A DNA stretch of 64,000 nt from Bacteroidota bacterium. GTDB lineage: Bacteria; Bacteroidota; Bacteroidia; Cytophagales; Cyclobacteriaceae. The notes beneath the pieces were generated by a model. The model did not search any database. It saw only the letters and a program-made list of their open reading frames with translations, and had not been told where the DNA came from. Shown in pieces: positions 9,793-17,833 of the stretch; positions within the stretch are counted from its first letter, which is position 1; every line of letters begins with the position of its first letter. The stretch is from assembly GCA_039026695.1 (NCBI GenBank), contig JBCCLV010000005.1:990-64989 (forward strand). The letters run 5' to 3'. The position numbers were made by a program, and so were the translations under genes.

Positions 9793-10521
9793 ATGAAAGT
9801 CGCTTTGGCTCAAATCGCACCCGTCCTTGGAGATATCGAAGCGAACATTAGGTTACATGTTCAAAGCATCAATCTTGCCATGGAAAATCTTGCTGATTTG
9901 GTTGTCTTTCCTGAATTATCTCTCACAGGATATGCTTGCAGCTTTCAAGCAGGGATTTCAAAAGCAGAGTTGGCATCTGCTCTAGAAAAATTTCAACAGC
10001 TATCCAATGAAGGTAAAATTGCTATCGCCATAGGAATGCCAAGTAGGACAAGCGCTGGATGGCGCATTAGTATGACATTACTTCAGCCAGGGAAAAAAGC
10101 TTCCACCTATTCAAAAAATCACCTTCACGATGACGAGAAGACATTTTTCATAGAAGGCGATAAACAGATAATTTTTGATCTTGCAGGTTACAAATTTGCG
10201 CCAGCCATTTGCTATGAGTCTCTACTCTTTGCGCATGCAAAAAGAGCAGTGGAGTTGGGCGCACAATTTTACTTATGCAGTGTGGCAAAGCCTCAAGAGG
10301 ATATGGAAAGGGCATTTAACCACTATTCAAAAATCGCAGTATTGTTTTCTGTGCCGGTATTAATGGTAAACAGCGTAGCTCAATGCGATAGCTTCCAAAG
10401 CTGCGGAATGTCTGCGGTTTGGGACAAAAATGGAGACCTGTTGGACAAAATACCACAGAACAAACCTGGAATATTGACTTTCGATACTAAGACGAATGCA
10501 GCTAATCTGATAGAATTTTAA
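9793..10521 (+). CDS. Carbon-nitrogen hydrolase (nitrilase superfamily) protein
   Basis: 242 aa. Candidate Glu-Lys-Cys triad contexts: VFPELSLTGY, SKNHLH and PAICYESL. Confidence 0.8.
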   Translation: MKVALAQIAPVLGDIEANIRLHVQSINLAMENLADLVVFPELSLTGYACSFQAGISKAELASALEKFQQLSNEGKIAIAIGMPSRTSAGWRISMTLLQPGKKASTYSKNHLHDDEKTFFIEGDKQIIFDLAGYKFAPAICYESLLFAHAKRAVELGAQFYLCSVAKPQEDMERAFNHYSKIAVLFSVPVLMVNSVAQCDSFQSCGMSAVWDKNGDLLDKIPQNKPGILTFDTKTNAANLIEF

Positions 10522-10586
10522 GAATAGACCTTTTAAGCAGAGTAAAAGCGAATTAAAAGTGTTTTAACAAACTCCTTTGCATAAAA

Positions 10587-12899
10587 TTAATCGTTCAATT
10601 TCTTAAAAACCGGGTCTCGGAAGTTACCATTTTCGGTGATCATTGTAAACTCAATTTCACAATAAAGCGTAGGCTCCAACCAAGTGGTCTTTTTCTCTTC
10701 GTGCACCTCTTCTTCAATCGTACGTTGATCGCAGCTTAAACTTGAAAACCTGTGCGTCAATTCTCTCAAGGTGGCATCATCGAAACCAGTACCTACCCTC
10801 CCCCTGTACTGAAACCTACCATCCACAAATTCTGCTACTTGCAAACTTCCGAAGTAAGGCGCCCGGTCACCCTCACCTTCTGTAAATCCAATAATCACAC
10901 AATCCCTTGTATCTTTTGCTTTCACCTTGATCCAAGCCTTGGATCTTTTTCCAGCAGCATATTTTGCCGTTCTTTCTTTTGCCACAATACCCTCCAAATC
11001 AAGCTCTTTTGCCGCATCAAAGAAAGCTTTGCCATCTTCGACTGACTCGCTTACACGGTAGTTGGTTTCTCCGACCCGTACCGAATCAATCAACCATTGG
11101 CGTCTTCGCTCCTGTGAATCATTTACTAAAGATCTTCCATCCAAATAAATACAATCAAATAGATAACAATAAGCTGGTGACCGCTTTGCCAGTTGATCGA
11201 AATGCTTTTTGCTCATCAGCCGCTTTATCACCTTTTTAAAATTGGCTTTTCCATCCGAATTGAGACAGACGATTTCGCCATCAAAAATGCCATTGTTAAT
11301 CCTGAAGCCTGCATCTGCGATTCCCAACTCGGGAAACTGATCTGTAATATCATTCAGGTTCCTACTCAAAATGCGTAGCTGGCCTTCATCAATATAAATC
11401 AGTACCCTGATTCCATCCCACTTAAGCTCATAATAGTAATCTCCGCCGGGCACCTGCTTGGCAGCTTCCGCCAGCATAGGTTTTATAGGTGACTCAAAAG
11501 GATTATGCTGCGGTGTATCAACACGTTCGAGCAGCCATTCCTTTTCTTTCATCAAATGGATACGATACTCAGCACTCAATTCTCTTCCGGAAAGACGGAA
11601 ATAAAATCCGTCCTTTTTCTCTTTGGTGATTTCGTAGCGGCCTTGCGCGTAAACCCACATCATCCCGCCTCCATATTCACCCTTAGGTATTTCCCCCTCG
11701 AAACTCAGATATTTCAAAGGATGGTCCTCTGTTTGTACCGCCAATCTTTTCACACCTGGCCTTGGCGGCATTCCCCTTGGGATAGCCCACGACTTCAATA
11801 CCCCGTCCTGTTCCAAGCGAAGATCGTAATGAAGGTGCGAGGCATGGTGTCGCTGTATCACAAAACGAGACCCACTGCTTGTATCGTTTGCGTGAACTGG
11901 CTCAGGTGTTTTGTGAAAGTCACGCTTCTTTTCATATTCAGTCAGCAGTTCAGGTGTCTTGTATTTGGCATTTGAACCAGGATCGACAGTAATTTTTGTC
12001 TTTTTATCAGTATGCAACGGTACTGCCCAAGCTCTTATTTGTTCCCAGGCATCACCATCCGAAGTTACTTTTTCAAGTGTCCGCTTAAGGTCCCATTGTG
12101 ATAAAGATTTTAGCTCCTCAAGCTCTTCCCAATATATCGGGGTAGATACAGTAGCACCGTCTCTTCCTCGTAAACTATAAGGACTCACGATGGTCTGTGA
12201 GGGTCTATTCCGATAGATGTCGATCAAAACCCTCCCCTTCCTTGCATCTTTCTTTATGTGAAGTGTAGCCTGGGGTTGCTTTTTAACAAACTCACCGGCG
12301 ATTTCCTTAGCTGCGCCAAAACACGTGTCAAAATCATAACTGGTCGCTATCGGAGTTACGATATGAAGCCCTTTTCCTCCCGTGGTTTTGACAAATGGAT
12401 GATAATTATACCTTTCCAAATGCTCTTTTAAAGCAAGAGCCAAACTTTTAAGTTGAGAAAGCGGAAATTCTTGATCCTCAGGTGGATCCAAATCATATAC
12501 GATGTAATCAGGCTTATCACTTAGCTCAGAAAAAGAGTGTATCTGATGCACCTCCAGACAGGCGAGGTTTGCCAGCCAAACCAGGGTCGCTTCTTCTCTC
12601 GCAACAATGTATTCTTTCTTTCTTTCCTTCCCCAGTCGCTTGTAGTCTATCCAATCAGGGGTCCAGTCAGGGCGATGCTTCTGAAAAAATTGTTCTCCAT
12701 TTATTCCGTCTGGGTAACGAACCAGGGATAATGCTCTGCCTCTGATGTGATTGAGAATGGTGGGCGCAAGTTTATGGTAATACTCAATCACCTCAGCCTT
12801 TACAATAAAATCAGCTGGATAAAGCACCTTTTCCAAGTTTGAAAGCGATATAACACGCTTTCCTACTTCTACAGCAATCTTACTTTTGGCCAAACTCAA
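10587..12899 (-). CDS. ligD: ATP-dependent DNA ligase LigD, three-domain form (polymerase/primase - 3'-phosphoesterase - ligase)
   Basis: 770 aa with a TTG start. The N-terminal Pol domain reads LSNLEKVLYP...YYHKLAPTILNHIRGRALSLVRYPDGINGEQFFQKH. The central PE domain reads FVIQRHHASHLHYDLRLE. The C-terminal ligase has the adenylation motif ELKWDGIR (KxDG) followed by an OB-fold tail. Confidence 0.9.
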   Translation of the reverse strand: MSLAKSKIAVEVGKRVISLSNLEKVLYPADFIVKAEVIEYYHKLAPTILNHIRGRALSLVRYPDGINGEQFFQKHRPDWTPDWIDYKRLGKERKKEYIVAREEATLVWLANLACLEVHQIHSFSELSDKPDYIVYDLDPPEDQEFPLSQLKSLALALKEHLERYNYHPFVKTTGGKGLHIVTPIATSYDFDTCFGAAKEIAGEFVKKQPQATLHIKKDARKGRVLIDIYRNRPSQTIVSPYSLRGRDGATVSTPIYWEELEELKSLSQWDLKRTLEKVTSDGDAWEQIRAWAVPLHTDKKTKITVDPGSNAKYKTPELLTEYEKKRDFHKTPEPVHANDTSSGSRFVIQRHHASHLHYDLRLEQDGVLKSWAIPRGMPPRPGVKRLAVQTEDHPLKYLSFEGEIPKGEYGGGMMWVYAQGRYEITKEKKDGFYFRLSGRELSAEYRIHLMKEKEWLLERVDTPQHNPFESPIKPMLAEAAKQVPGGDYYYELKWDGIRVLIYIDEGQLRILSRNLNDITDQFPELGIADAGFRINNGIFDGEIVCLNSDGKANFKKVIKRLMSKKHFDQLAKRSPAYCYLFDCIYLDGRSLVNDSQERRRQWLIDSVRVGETNYRVSESVEDGKAFFDAAKELDLEGIVAKERTAKYAAGKRSKAWIKVKAKDTRDCVIIGFTEGEGDRAPYFGSLQVAEFVDGRFQYRGRVGTGFDDATLRELTHRFSSLSCDQRTIEEEVHEEKKTTWLEPTLYCEIEFTMITENGNFRDPVFKKLND

Positions 12900-12923
12900 T
12901 CCTACTTTGCTTGAAAGCTAACA

Positions 12924-12939
12924 GAAATCGCAAGATTTC
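12924..12939 (-). terminator. Possible hairpin terminator between the phosphatase gene and ligD
   Basis: GAAATC-GCAA-GATTTC is a 6-bp stem with a tetraloop, 39 nt downstream of the 12978 stop. The downstream minus-strand sequence TGTTAGCTTTC is only moderately T-rich. Confidence 0.3.
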
Positions 12940-12977
12940 GAGGTTCAAAACCGATTTAAGATCAGGGACAAGCGTAC

Positions 12978-13592
12978 TTAGTCATCCAAATGAGCAGTCT
13001 CATTGAACTGGTCCATAAAGAAAGCATCCCCTCTGAGAATCAACTTGTAGTAGGCACAATTGCGATGTGGAAATCCATCCATGTAGTTCAACGGATAACC
13101 TAATAACCAGCATAGCAGTATTCGTATCGCCCGACCGTGCATGCATATCAGCATATTAGCGCCATCTTTTTCTAGCACTTCTTCCATGGCATGTTGCTGT
13201 CTTTCCATCACCTGCAAAGGGCTTTCACCTCCCCCCACATTTAGGTTTAATTCACCTCTTCTCCATCCATCAATGGTTTTCGCATAAAGGTTTTTCGCCT
13301 CAGGATTGGCCATTACTCCTTCTTGATCACCCCAGCTGATCTCATCAAAGCCATCATGGATAAAATGTGGAATACTAGCTTTAACGAAAGGATCGACGGT
13401 TTGCTGAGATCGTTGCAACGCAGATGTGTAGACCATATCGAAAGGCACTGAATTGAGACGAGTATACACTCGAAGCGCTTGTTGCCTTCCAGTTTCATTT
13501 AGCGGTGCATCTACTCCGCGTCCTTGTACCATCCCCTTTTTGTTGAGGTCTGTCTCACCATGTCTAAGGACATAAATTGTTTTGTTTTTCAA
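12978..13592 (-). CDS. Histidine phosphatase family protein (phosphoglycerate-mutase-like)
   Basis: RHGETDLN catalytic motif and a second His context (CMHGRAIR). The ORF extends to 13655, but that start overlaps the divergent thioesterase gene. An in-frame TTG at 13590-13592 gives MKNKTIYVLRHGET, the typical N-terminus for this family. Confidence 0.8.
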   Translation of the reverse strand: MKNKTIYVLRHGETDLNKKGMVQGRGVDAPLNETGRQQALRVYTRLNSVPFDMVYTSALQRSQQTVDPFVKASIPHFIHDGFDEISWGDQEGVMANPEAKNLYAKTIDGWRRGELNLNVGGGESPLQVMERQQHAMEEVLEKDGANMLICMHGRAIRILLCWLLGYPLNYMDGFPHRNCAYYKLILRGDAFFMDQFNETAHLDD

Positions 13593-13619
13593 AAGCGCTT
13601 TGCGTTGGTTTGCCGGAAA

Positions 13620-14057
13620 ATGGTGCAAAAAAGTATTTTCCCAGAAGACCTCCAAATAGACGCACTGAATAATCTAGGTGAGGGTTGTATGGTGGAGCAC
13701 CTAGGCATCCGATTCACAGAGATAGGACCTGATTACTTAGTAGCCACCATGCCAGTAGATGAGCGAACCAAGCAACCATTGGGCTTGTTACATGGAGGAG
13801 CTTCAGTAGCACTTGCAGAAACGTTGGGAAGTGTAGGGGCAACATGTTGTTTAGATCTTACAAAGCAATATTCGGTGGGATTGGAAATCAATACGAATCA
13901 CATCAAATCTGCAAAGTCTGGATTGGTGCAAGGAAAAGCATCACCCATTCACTTAGGGAAAAGTACACATGTGTGGAGTATAGAAATTAGAAACGAAGAG
14001 AACCAGTTAGTTGCCATCAGTCGGATCACCATGGCAATCCTGGATAGGAAAGGATGA
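13620..14057 (+). CDS. PaaI/hotdog-fold thioesterase, probable 1,4-dihydroxy-2-naphthoyl-CoA hydrolase
   Basis: Motifs: GLLHGGASVALAETLGS and HVWSIEI. It is coupled (ATGA overlap) to menF-menD-menB. The ORF opens at 13524, but the ATG at 13620 (MVQKSIF...) avoids most of the overlap with the divergent gene. Confidence 0.75.
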   Translation: MVQKSIFPEDLQIDALNNLGEGCMVEHLGIRFTEIGPDYLVATMPVDERTKQPLGLLHGGASVALAETLGSVGATCCLDLTKQYSVGLEINTNHIKSAKSGLVQGKASPIHLGKSTHVWSIEIRNEENQLVAISRITMAILDRKG

Positions 14058-15253
14058 AGGAGTACTTACAAACATTAAATATCCCTGCACAAAAGGAACT
14101 TGTCAGTCATTTAATAAGTGCAGGCTATGCATTTGCCGCCTGGAAAATGCCCGACGTGCCTGAGATTCAAATGATTGTCTCATTGAATCCACCAAAAAAA
14201 ATCGTCAAGCCCGCGCTTGAGGAATTATTTTCTGGGTTTGTAATCAATTCTTACGAGAGTAATCACCCAACTGGTCCTTATTACATCAAAGCCGACTTGG
14301 TATTCAAAGGGAACGTATTGACTATCAATCCCACAGTATCGGATGGCGAGGTTGACCAATTTGCCAAAGTTTTAGGAGGGTCTGAACTACCTGCTAAAAA
14401 TGACCTTCAAGAAAAAGAAGCAAAAAGATCAAAAAATGATTTTTCAGCTGGATTAGCAGAAGCTTATATCCACAAAGTAGCAGAAGCAAAAAGACAAATC
14501 GAAAAAGGTATTTTAGAAAAAGTTGTCTTGTCAAGATACTCGGAGGAAGCCCTACCAAAGGGTTTTTCGATTTGGGAGTATTTCCAAAAACTCTGTACTC
14601 AGTATCCTGATGCTTTTTGCTCCCTTAGCTCAATTCCTGGTCGCGGTGTTTGGATCGGTGCCAGCCCGGAGTTGCTGATCTCCGACCGGGAAGGGGTATT
14701 CAAAACTGTATCCCTTGCAGGAACTAAAAAATTGAAAGAAGGCGAGGCACTCAATAACATTTCCTGGACACAAAAGGAAATCGAGGAGCAGGCTTTCGTA
14801 AGCCGGTACATAATCAACTGCTTTAAAAAACTTAGGCTAAGAGAATTTCATGAACATGGGCCAAAGACGGTAAGAGCTGGCAAACTCGCTCACCTTAAAA
14901 CCACTTTTGAAGTCAGATATAAAGAAGAAGCTTTCGAAGGACTTTCTAGTCAAATGGCAACACTTCTACATCCCACATCTGCGGTTTGCGGTATGCCGAT
15001 ATCGGAGGCAAAGCCATGGATTCAAGCCGACGAGGGCTATCAACGTGAGTTCTACAGCGGTTTTTTAGGTCCGGTAAACTATGAGCAGTCTACCGATCTT
15101 TTTGTAAATCTGCGGTGCGCTAAAATTTTGGGAGACAGGATCCGGTTTTATGCAGGTGCAGGTATCACAGAGGATTCCATCCCTGAAAAAGAATACGAAG
15201 AAACGGAGATGAAAATGGATGTATTACGCCAACTGGTCCCTTCTGACCGGTGA
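14054..15253 (+). CDS. menF: Isochorismate synthase
   Basis: 399 aa. The chorismate-binding C-terminal core reads LHPTSAVCGMP...EFYSGFLGP...VNLRCA...YAGAGI. It sits in the men operon context. Confidence 0.85.
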   Translation: MKEYLQTLNIPAQKELVSHLISAGYAFAAWKMPDVPEIQMIVSLNPPKKIVKPALEELFSGFVINSYESNHPTGPYYIKADLVFKGNVLTINPTVSDGEVDQFAKVLGGSELPAKNDLQEKEAKRSKNDFSAGLAEAYIHKVAEAKRQIEKGILEKVVLSRYSEEALPKGFSIWEYFQKLCTQYPDAFCSLSSIPGRGVWIGASPELLISDREGVFKTVSLAGTKKLKEGEALNNISWTQKEIEEQAFVSRYIINCFKKLRLREFHEHGPKTVRAGKLAHLKTTFEVRYKEEAFEGLSSQMATLLHPTSAVCGMPISEAKPWIQADEGYQREFYSGFLGPVNYEQSTDLFVNLRCAKILGDRIRFYAGAGITEDSIPEKEYEETEMKMDVLRQLVPSDR

Positions 15254-16911
15254 TACATTCTGCTGTATTCAACACTTCGGAAATCTGTTTTCAGCTAGGG
15301 GTACGCCATGCCGTTCTGTCCCCTGGCTCTAGGAATGCTCCTTTAACGATTTCATTTGCGCGCAATCACAAGATCAAAAAGTGGGTAATTCCAGATGAAA
15401 GGGCTGCGGGATTTGTGGCTTTAGGAATTGCTCAAGAAGTAAAAGAGCCCGTAGTACTATGCTGCACTTCTGGAACTGCCTTGCTGAACTACGGACCTGC
15501 AGTTGCCGAAGCTTATTACAGGCAAATACCTTTGATCGTCCTGTCTGCTGACCGACCGCCTGAGCTCATAGACCAAAGAGACGGTCAAACAATCAGGCAA
15601 TTTGAAGCGCTAAAAAATCACGTAAAGTTGTCTAAAAACCTACCCGTAGTAGCGTCGGGTCTTGATGCTGTCAAGTACAGGGAGCATATAAAAGATGCGA
15701 TAAGCACAGCGCTGGAACTTCCTGGTGGACCTGTGCATATCAATATCCCCTTTCGTGAGCCTATCTATCCTCCTCAAGATGCTTCATTTGAATTTGAAAC
15801 GAGTGATCAAAATATTGTGCCAAAAACAGAGGTACAACAGGAATTTCAACTACCAAAAGTCAAGAAGTTATTGGTTTTGGTGGGCCAGCAGGAACCTGAT
15901 CCGGAGCTGAACAATGTAATCAAAGAAGTTTCTGGATTAGTCCCCATAATTAAGTCCCCGCTAAACAACCTCGAAAGCGGCATTAATGCGGTGGATTCCT
16001 TTATTGACAAGCAGCAAGAACTTGTCCCTGATTTGTTAATTACTTCTGGATTATCCGTACTCTCCAAAAAGCTCAAGAATTTTCTCAGAAGAAACACCCC
16101 AGAATTTCATCTTCATTTTGACGAGGCAGGGGTGTCTGTAGATACTTACAATTCCTCTCCTCAATTGTTACAAGCATCCATCAGCACAGTCCTAAAGCAA
16201 CTTCAATCAGAAGACTATACTAAAGAGTTAGACCCTTCTTACCGAACCAACTGGCTCAAGTATGAAAAAACTGCGATTCAAGTGATGAAAGATTGCATGA
16301 AAGACTCGGCATTTAGCGAGGCAAGTGCATCAAAAGTCGTTCTTGAGTTAATTCCAGAAGGTGCTTTACTTCACCTGAGCAACTCAATGCCTGTCAGGTA
16401 TGCAGATCTTTTTTTTGAACGAAAGCATGTCACTGTGCGAAGCAATCGCGGTACCAGCGGAATTGACGGATGCACCTCCACGGCTGTAGGAAATACACTT
16501 TCTTCACATAGGCTCAATTTTCTATTAACCGGAGATCTTGCCTTCCTTTATGACCGTAATGCCTTCTTTCATAATTATCTCCTACCTAACCTTAGAATCA
16601 TCATCATGAACAACCAAGGTGGAGGTATTTTCAGGTTGATTGATGGACCTTCCAACCTGCCGGAGCTTTCGGAATATTTTGAGACCAGCCACCAAAGGAC
16701 AGCAAAATACGTGTGTGAAGAAAATCAAATTGACTATCTACCTGTTAGGTCTTTAAACGAAATTACTGACCAGTGGAATGAATTCACATCTCCTTCCAAA
16801 CATGCTAAAGTCATGGAAGTATTCACCGACCCCTCGATTAATCAAGAAGTTTACAAAAATTTTAGAAGACACCTGAATGGGCAACTCAATCAACTGGAAA
16901 AAAGTAGCTGA
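15250..16911 (+). CDS. menD: 2-succinyl-5-enolpyruvyl-6-hydroxy-3-cyclohexene-1-carboxylate (SEPHCHC) synthase
   Basis: 553 aa. The GTG start overlaps the menF stop (GTGA). ThDP-enzyme motifs: SPGSRNAPL, CTSGTALLNYGPAVAEA, NRGTSGIDG and GDLAFLYD...NNQGGGIF. Confidence 0.9.
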   Translation: MIHSAVFNTSEICFQLGVRHAVLSPGSRNAPLTISFARNHKIKKWVIPDERAAGFVALGIAQEVKEPVVLCCTSGTALLNYGPAVAEAYYRQIPLIVLSADRPPELIDQRDGQTIRQFEALKNHVKLSKNLPVVASGLDAVKYREHIKDAISTALELPGGPVHINIPFREPIYPPQDASFEFETSDQNIVPKTEVQQEFQLPKVKKLLVLVGQQEPDPELNNVIKEVSGLVPIIKSPLNNLESGINAVDSFIDKQQELVPDLLITSGLSVLSKKLKNFLRRNTPEFHLHFDEAGVSVDTYNSSPQLLQASISTVLKQLQSEDYTKELDPSYRTNWLKYEKTAIQVMKDCMKDSAFSEASASKVVLELIPEGALLHLSNSMPVRYADLFFERKHVTVRSNRGTSGIDGCTSTAVGNTLSSHRLNFLLTGDLAFLYDRNAFFHNYLLPNLRIIIMNNQGGGIFRLIDGPSNLPELSEYFETSHQRTAKYVCEENQIDYLPVRSLNEITDQWNEFTSPSKHAKVMEVFTDPSINQEVYKNFRRHLNGQLNQLEKSS

Positions 16912-17722
16912 CTTTACAGACATCACATATCACAAATGTGGTAAAGTAGCTCGTATTGCTTTCAATAGACCTGAAGTGCGAAATGCTTTTCGTCCCAAGA
17001 CGGTCGCCGAACTATACAAATCGCTTTTAGACGCGAGAGAAGATGTAAATATTGGAGTTATACTTTTGAGTGGAGAAGGTCCTTCTCCAAAAGATGGGGG
17101 TTGGGCGTTCTGTAGTGGCGGAGATCAAAATGCAAGGGGCCACCAAGGCTATGTAGATGACGATGGGATGCCGAGGCTCAATATTTTAGAAGTACAACGC
17201 CTGATCAGATTTATGCCCAAGGTGGTGATTGCAGTGGTACCTGGCTGGGCGGTAGGAGGCGGCCATAGCCTACATACAGTTTGCGACCTTACGCTTGCAA
17301 GTAAGGAGCATGCAATTTTCAAACAGACGGATGCTGATGTGACAAGTTTTGACGGTGGGTATGGTTCGGCCTATTTGGCCAAAATGGTCGGGCAGAAACG
17401 GGCCCGGGAAATATTCTTCTTGGGTCGTAACTATTCGGCGCGGGAAGCCTTCGAAATGGGAATGGTCAATGCGGTAATTCCGCATGACAATCTTGAGCAG
17501 GAAGCGTATCAATGGGCGCAAGAGATACTTCAAAAGTCACCCACCTCTATCAAAATGCTAAAATTTGCCTTTAATCTCACAGACGATGGTATGGTAGGTC
17601 AACAGGTTTTTGCGGGAGAGGCAACTCGACTTGCCTACATGACAGAGGAAGCAAAAGAAGGAAGAAACGCCTTTCTCGAGAAGCGAAAACCAAACTTTGA
17701 CGACATCAAATGGATACCATGA
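16877..17722 (+). CDS. menB: 1,4-dihydroxy-2-naphthoyl-CoA synthase (crotonase family)
   Basis: 281 aa. Motifs: ARIAFNRPEVRNAFRP, FCSGGDQ and VPGWAVGGGHSLHTVCDLT. The N-terminus is typical for MenB and overlaps the menD tail by 35 nt. Confidence 0.92.
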   Translation: MGNSINWKKVADFTDITYHKCGKVARIAFNRPEVRNAFRPKTVAELYKSLLDAREDVNIGVILLSGEGPSPKDGGWAFCSGGDQNARGHQGYVDDDGMPRLNILEVQRLIRFMPKVVIAVVPGWAVGGGHSLHTVCDLTLASKEHAIFKQTDADVTSFDGGYGSAYLAKMVGQKRAREIFFLGRNYSAREAFEMGMVNAVIPHDNLEQEAYQWAQEILQKSPTSIKMLKFAFNLTDDGMVGQQVFAGEATRLAYMTEEAKEGRNAFLEKRKPNFDDIKWIP

Positions 17723-17743
17723 AAGCCGGAGTAAGTGTAAGAA

Positions 17744-17775
17744 AAAAGCCCTGAGCATTTTCGCCCAGGGCTTTT
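17744..17775. terminator. Bidirectional rho-independent terminator (menB on +, permease on -)
   Basis: AAAAGCCCTG-(12 nt)-CAGGGCTTTT. The GC-rich core stem is flanked by an A-run on the left and a T-run on the right. It therefore reads as hairpin + U-tract on both strands, and it lies between convergent genes. Confidence 0.7.
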
Positions 17776-17833
17776 ACAAGCTAAGTAGTAGCGCTCTTGA
17801 GTGTTGAGCACCAAAATGGATTCCTACAAGTCC

